A stretch of 64,000 nucleotides of DNA from Candidatus Zipacnadia bacterium (GTDB taxonomy: Bacteria; Armatimonadota; Zipacnadia; Zipacnadales; UBA5352): the NCBI GenBank assembly GCA_029821635.1, contig JALGSW010000001.1:8702-72701 (forward strand), written 5' to 3'. Each line of letters starts with the position of its first letter. The first letter of the stretch is position 1. Positions 62,871 to 64,000 of the stretch are shown one piece after another. Position numbers and translations under genes: made by a program. A model generated the notes under the pieces. The model worked only from the letters and a program-made list of their open reading frames with translations. It did not search any database and was not told where the DNA came from.

Positions 62871-64000
62871 TGCTCGATCGTGACCTCGCCCGCACTCAGG
62901 CGCGCGAGGAACGCCTCCATCCGCGCGAGCGCCTCGCGCAGATCGCTGATCGAGCTGGCGTAGCTGCAGCGCACGTGCCCCTGGCCCGCCTCGCCGAAGG
63001 CGTCGCCCGGCACAACCGCCACCCGCTGGTCCGCCAGCAGCGACTTCGCGAACTGCTGCGAGGTCAGCCCGGTGGAGCGGATCGACGGGAATGCGTAGAA
63101 CGCGCCCATCGGCACGAAGCAGTCGAGCCCGATGCGGTTCAGACCGTTCACGAACACGCGCCGCCGCTGATCGTACTCCGCAACCATCCGCGCCCGATCG
63201 TCCTCACCGTGGCGCAGTGCCTCGATCGCGGCGATCTGCCCCATGATCGGCACGCACATGGTCGTGTACGCGTGGATGCGTGTCATCGCCTCGATGACAT
63301 CCGCGGGGCCGCAGGCGTAGCCGACCCGCCAGCCGGTCATCGCATCGGCCTTGGAGAAGCCGTTGAGCAGCAGCGTACGCTCATACATGCCCGGCAGCGT
63401 CGGGAAGCAGCAGTGGGTGCCCTCGTAGGTCAGCTCGGCGTAGATCTCATCGGAGATGACGAGCAGGTCACGGTCGCGCGCGACCTCCGCCACCCCCTCG
63501 AGGTGCTCGCGCCGCATGACCGCGCCGGTGGGGTTCGACGGGTTACAGAACAGCAGCCCGCGCGTGCGCTCCGAGCAGGCGTCGGCCAGCGGACCGGCTT
63601 TGATGCGGAACTCGTCCTCCAGCCGGGTGCGCACCGCGACGGCGCGAGCGTGCGCCATCTCGACGCAAGGAGCGTAGGAAACGTAGGAGGGGTCGGTGAC
63701 GAGGAACTCGTCGCCGGGGTCGAGCAGCACGCGCATCGCGAGGTCCACGGCTTCACTGGCGCCGACGGTGACGAGGATCTGCTCCTCGGGATCGTAGTCA
63801 ACGCCGAACCTGGCGAGGAGGTAGTCCGCGATCTCCACGCGCAGATCGAGCATGCCGCGGTTGGAGGTGTACGAGGTGGCGCCGTGTCGCAGCGACTCGA
63901 TGACCGCGTCGCAGGCGCGCCAGGGGGTGGGGAAGTCCGGCTCGCCCACGCCGAGGCTGATGACGTCGTCCATCCCGACGACGAGGTCAAAGAATTCGCG
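62867..64000 (-). CDS. class I/II pyridoxal-phosphate aminotransferase (5' end beyond window)
   Basis: ISLGVGEPDFPTP, NPSNPTG and GFSKADAMTGWRVGY (PLP-Lys motif). The reading frame stays open upstream of the listed Met to the window edge (REFFDLVVGMDDV), so the true start is outside the window. Confidence 0.85.
   Translation of the reverse strand, partial: REFFDLVVGMDDVISLGVGEPDFPTPWRACDAVIESLRHGATSYTSNRGMLDLRVEIADYLLARFGVDYDPEEQILVTVGASEAVDLAMRVLLDPGDEFLVTDPSYVSYAPCVEMAHARAVAVRTRLEDEFRIKAGPLADACSERTRGLLFCNPSNPTGAVMRREHLEGVAEVARDRDLLVISDEIYAELTYEGTHCCFPTLPGMYERTLLLNGFSKADAMTGWRVGYACGPADVIEAMTRIHAYTTMCVPIMGQIAAIEALRHGEDDRARMVAEYDQRRRVFVNGLNRIGLDCFVPMGAFYAFPSIRSTGLTSQQFAKSLLADQRVAVVPGDAFGEAGQGHVRCSYASSISDLREALARMEAFLARLSAGEVTIEQ

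Overview
GC-rich bacterial chromosomal window, apparently from a diderm: it encodes a secretin, apolipoprotein N-acyltransferase Lnt and many Sec-type signal peptides. About half of it (roughly 10.2-41.5 kb, all on the + strand) is a single type IVa pilus super-locus. The order is pilB-pilT-pilC-pilD, then seven co-directional genes spanning about 18.8 kb, then pilM-pilN-pilO-pilP-like genes, a small STN-domain protein with an FG/Ser/Asn low-complexity tail, and a short secretin pilQ. The seven genes encode four proteins with class-III prepilin leaders (249, 541, 265 and 634 aa), a 966-aa PilX_N-like protein, and two signal-peptide giants of 1662 and 1818 aa. The flanks look like housekeeping. 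Upstream are a VanW protein, a SIS isomerase, an M16 peptidase, comF and a GH51 arabinofuranosidase. Downstream are aroC, an aroK-aroB fusion, a PASTA pseudokinase, an ECF sigma/anti-sigma pair, ROK glucokinase plus cupin-type PGI, guaB, an IPMDH-family dehydrogenase, a YyaL-like thioredoxin-domain protein, two amidohydrolases, an SLT transglycosylase, an FG-GAP/ASPIC protein, a C26 amidotransferase, lnt and an aminotransferase. There is one tRNA-Glu(CUC) with its own promoter and terminator. The observations most worth follow-up are: (1) the hypertrophied minor-pilin/tip module, including zinc-ribbon-like Cys knuckles in predicted extracellular pilin-like proteins; (2) a 10-nt phased tandem array before pilD that shares a 24/28-nt box with the pilB promoter region; (3) a REPIN-like inverted REP doublet (GTAG head plus hairpin) sitting in frame inside the yyaL-like gene, with a related singlet near comF; (4) Met-Pro-Gly tandem repeats shared by four envelope proteins; (5) three paralogous STN/secretin-N0-like domains, one at the C-terminus of an anti-sigma factor. 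I saw no CRISPR array, rRNA, transposase or recognisable defence genes. Many very long ORFs in the supplied track are antisense GC-shadow artefacts. All family assignments were made by eye from sequence motifs. Nothing was searched or computed beyond hand counting, so starts, domain names and repeat statistics need tool-based confirmation.
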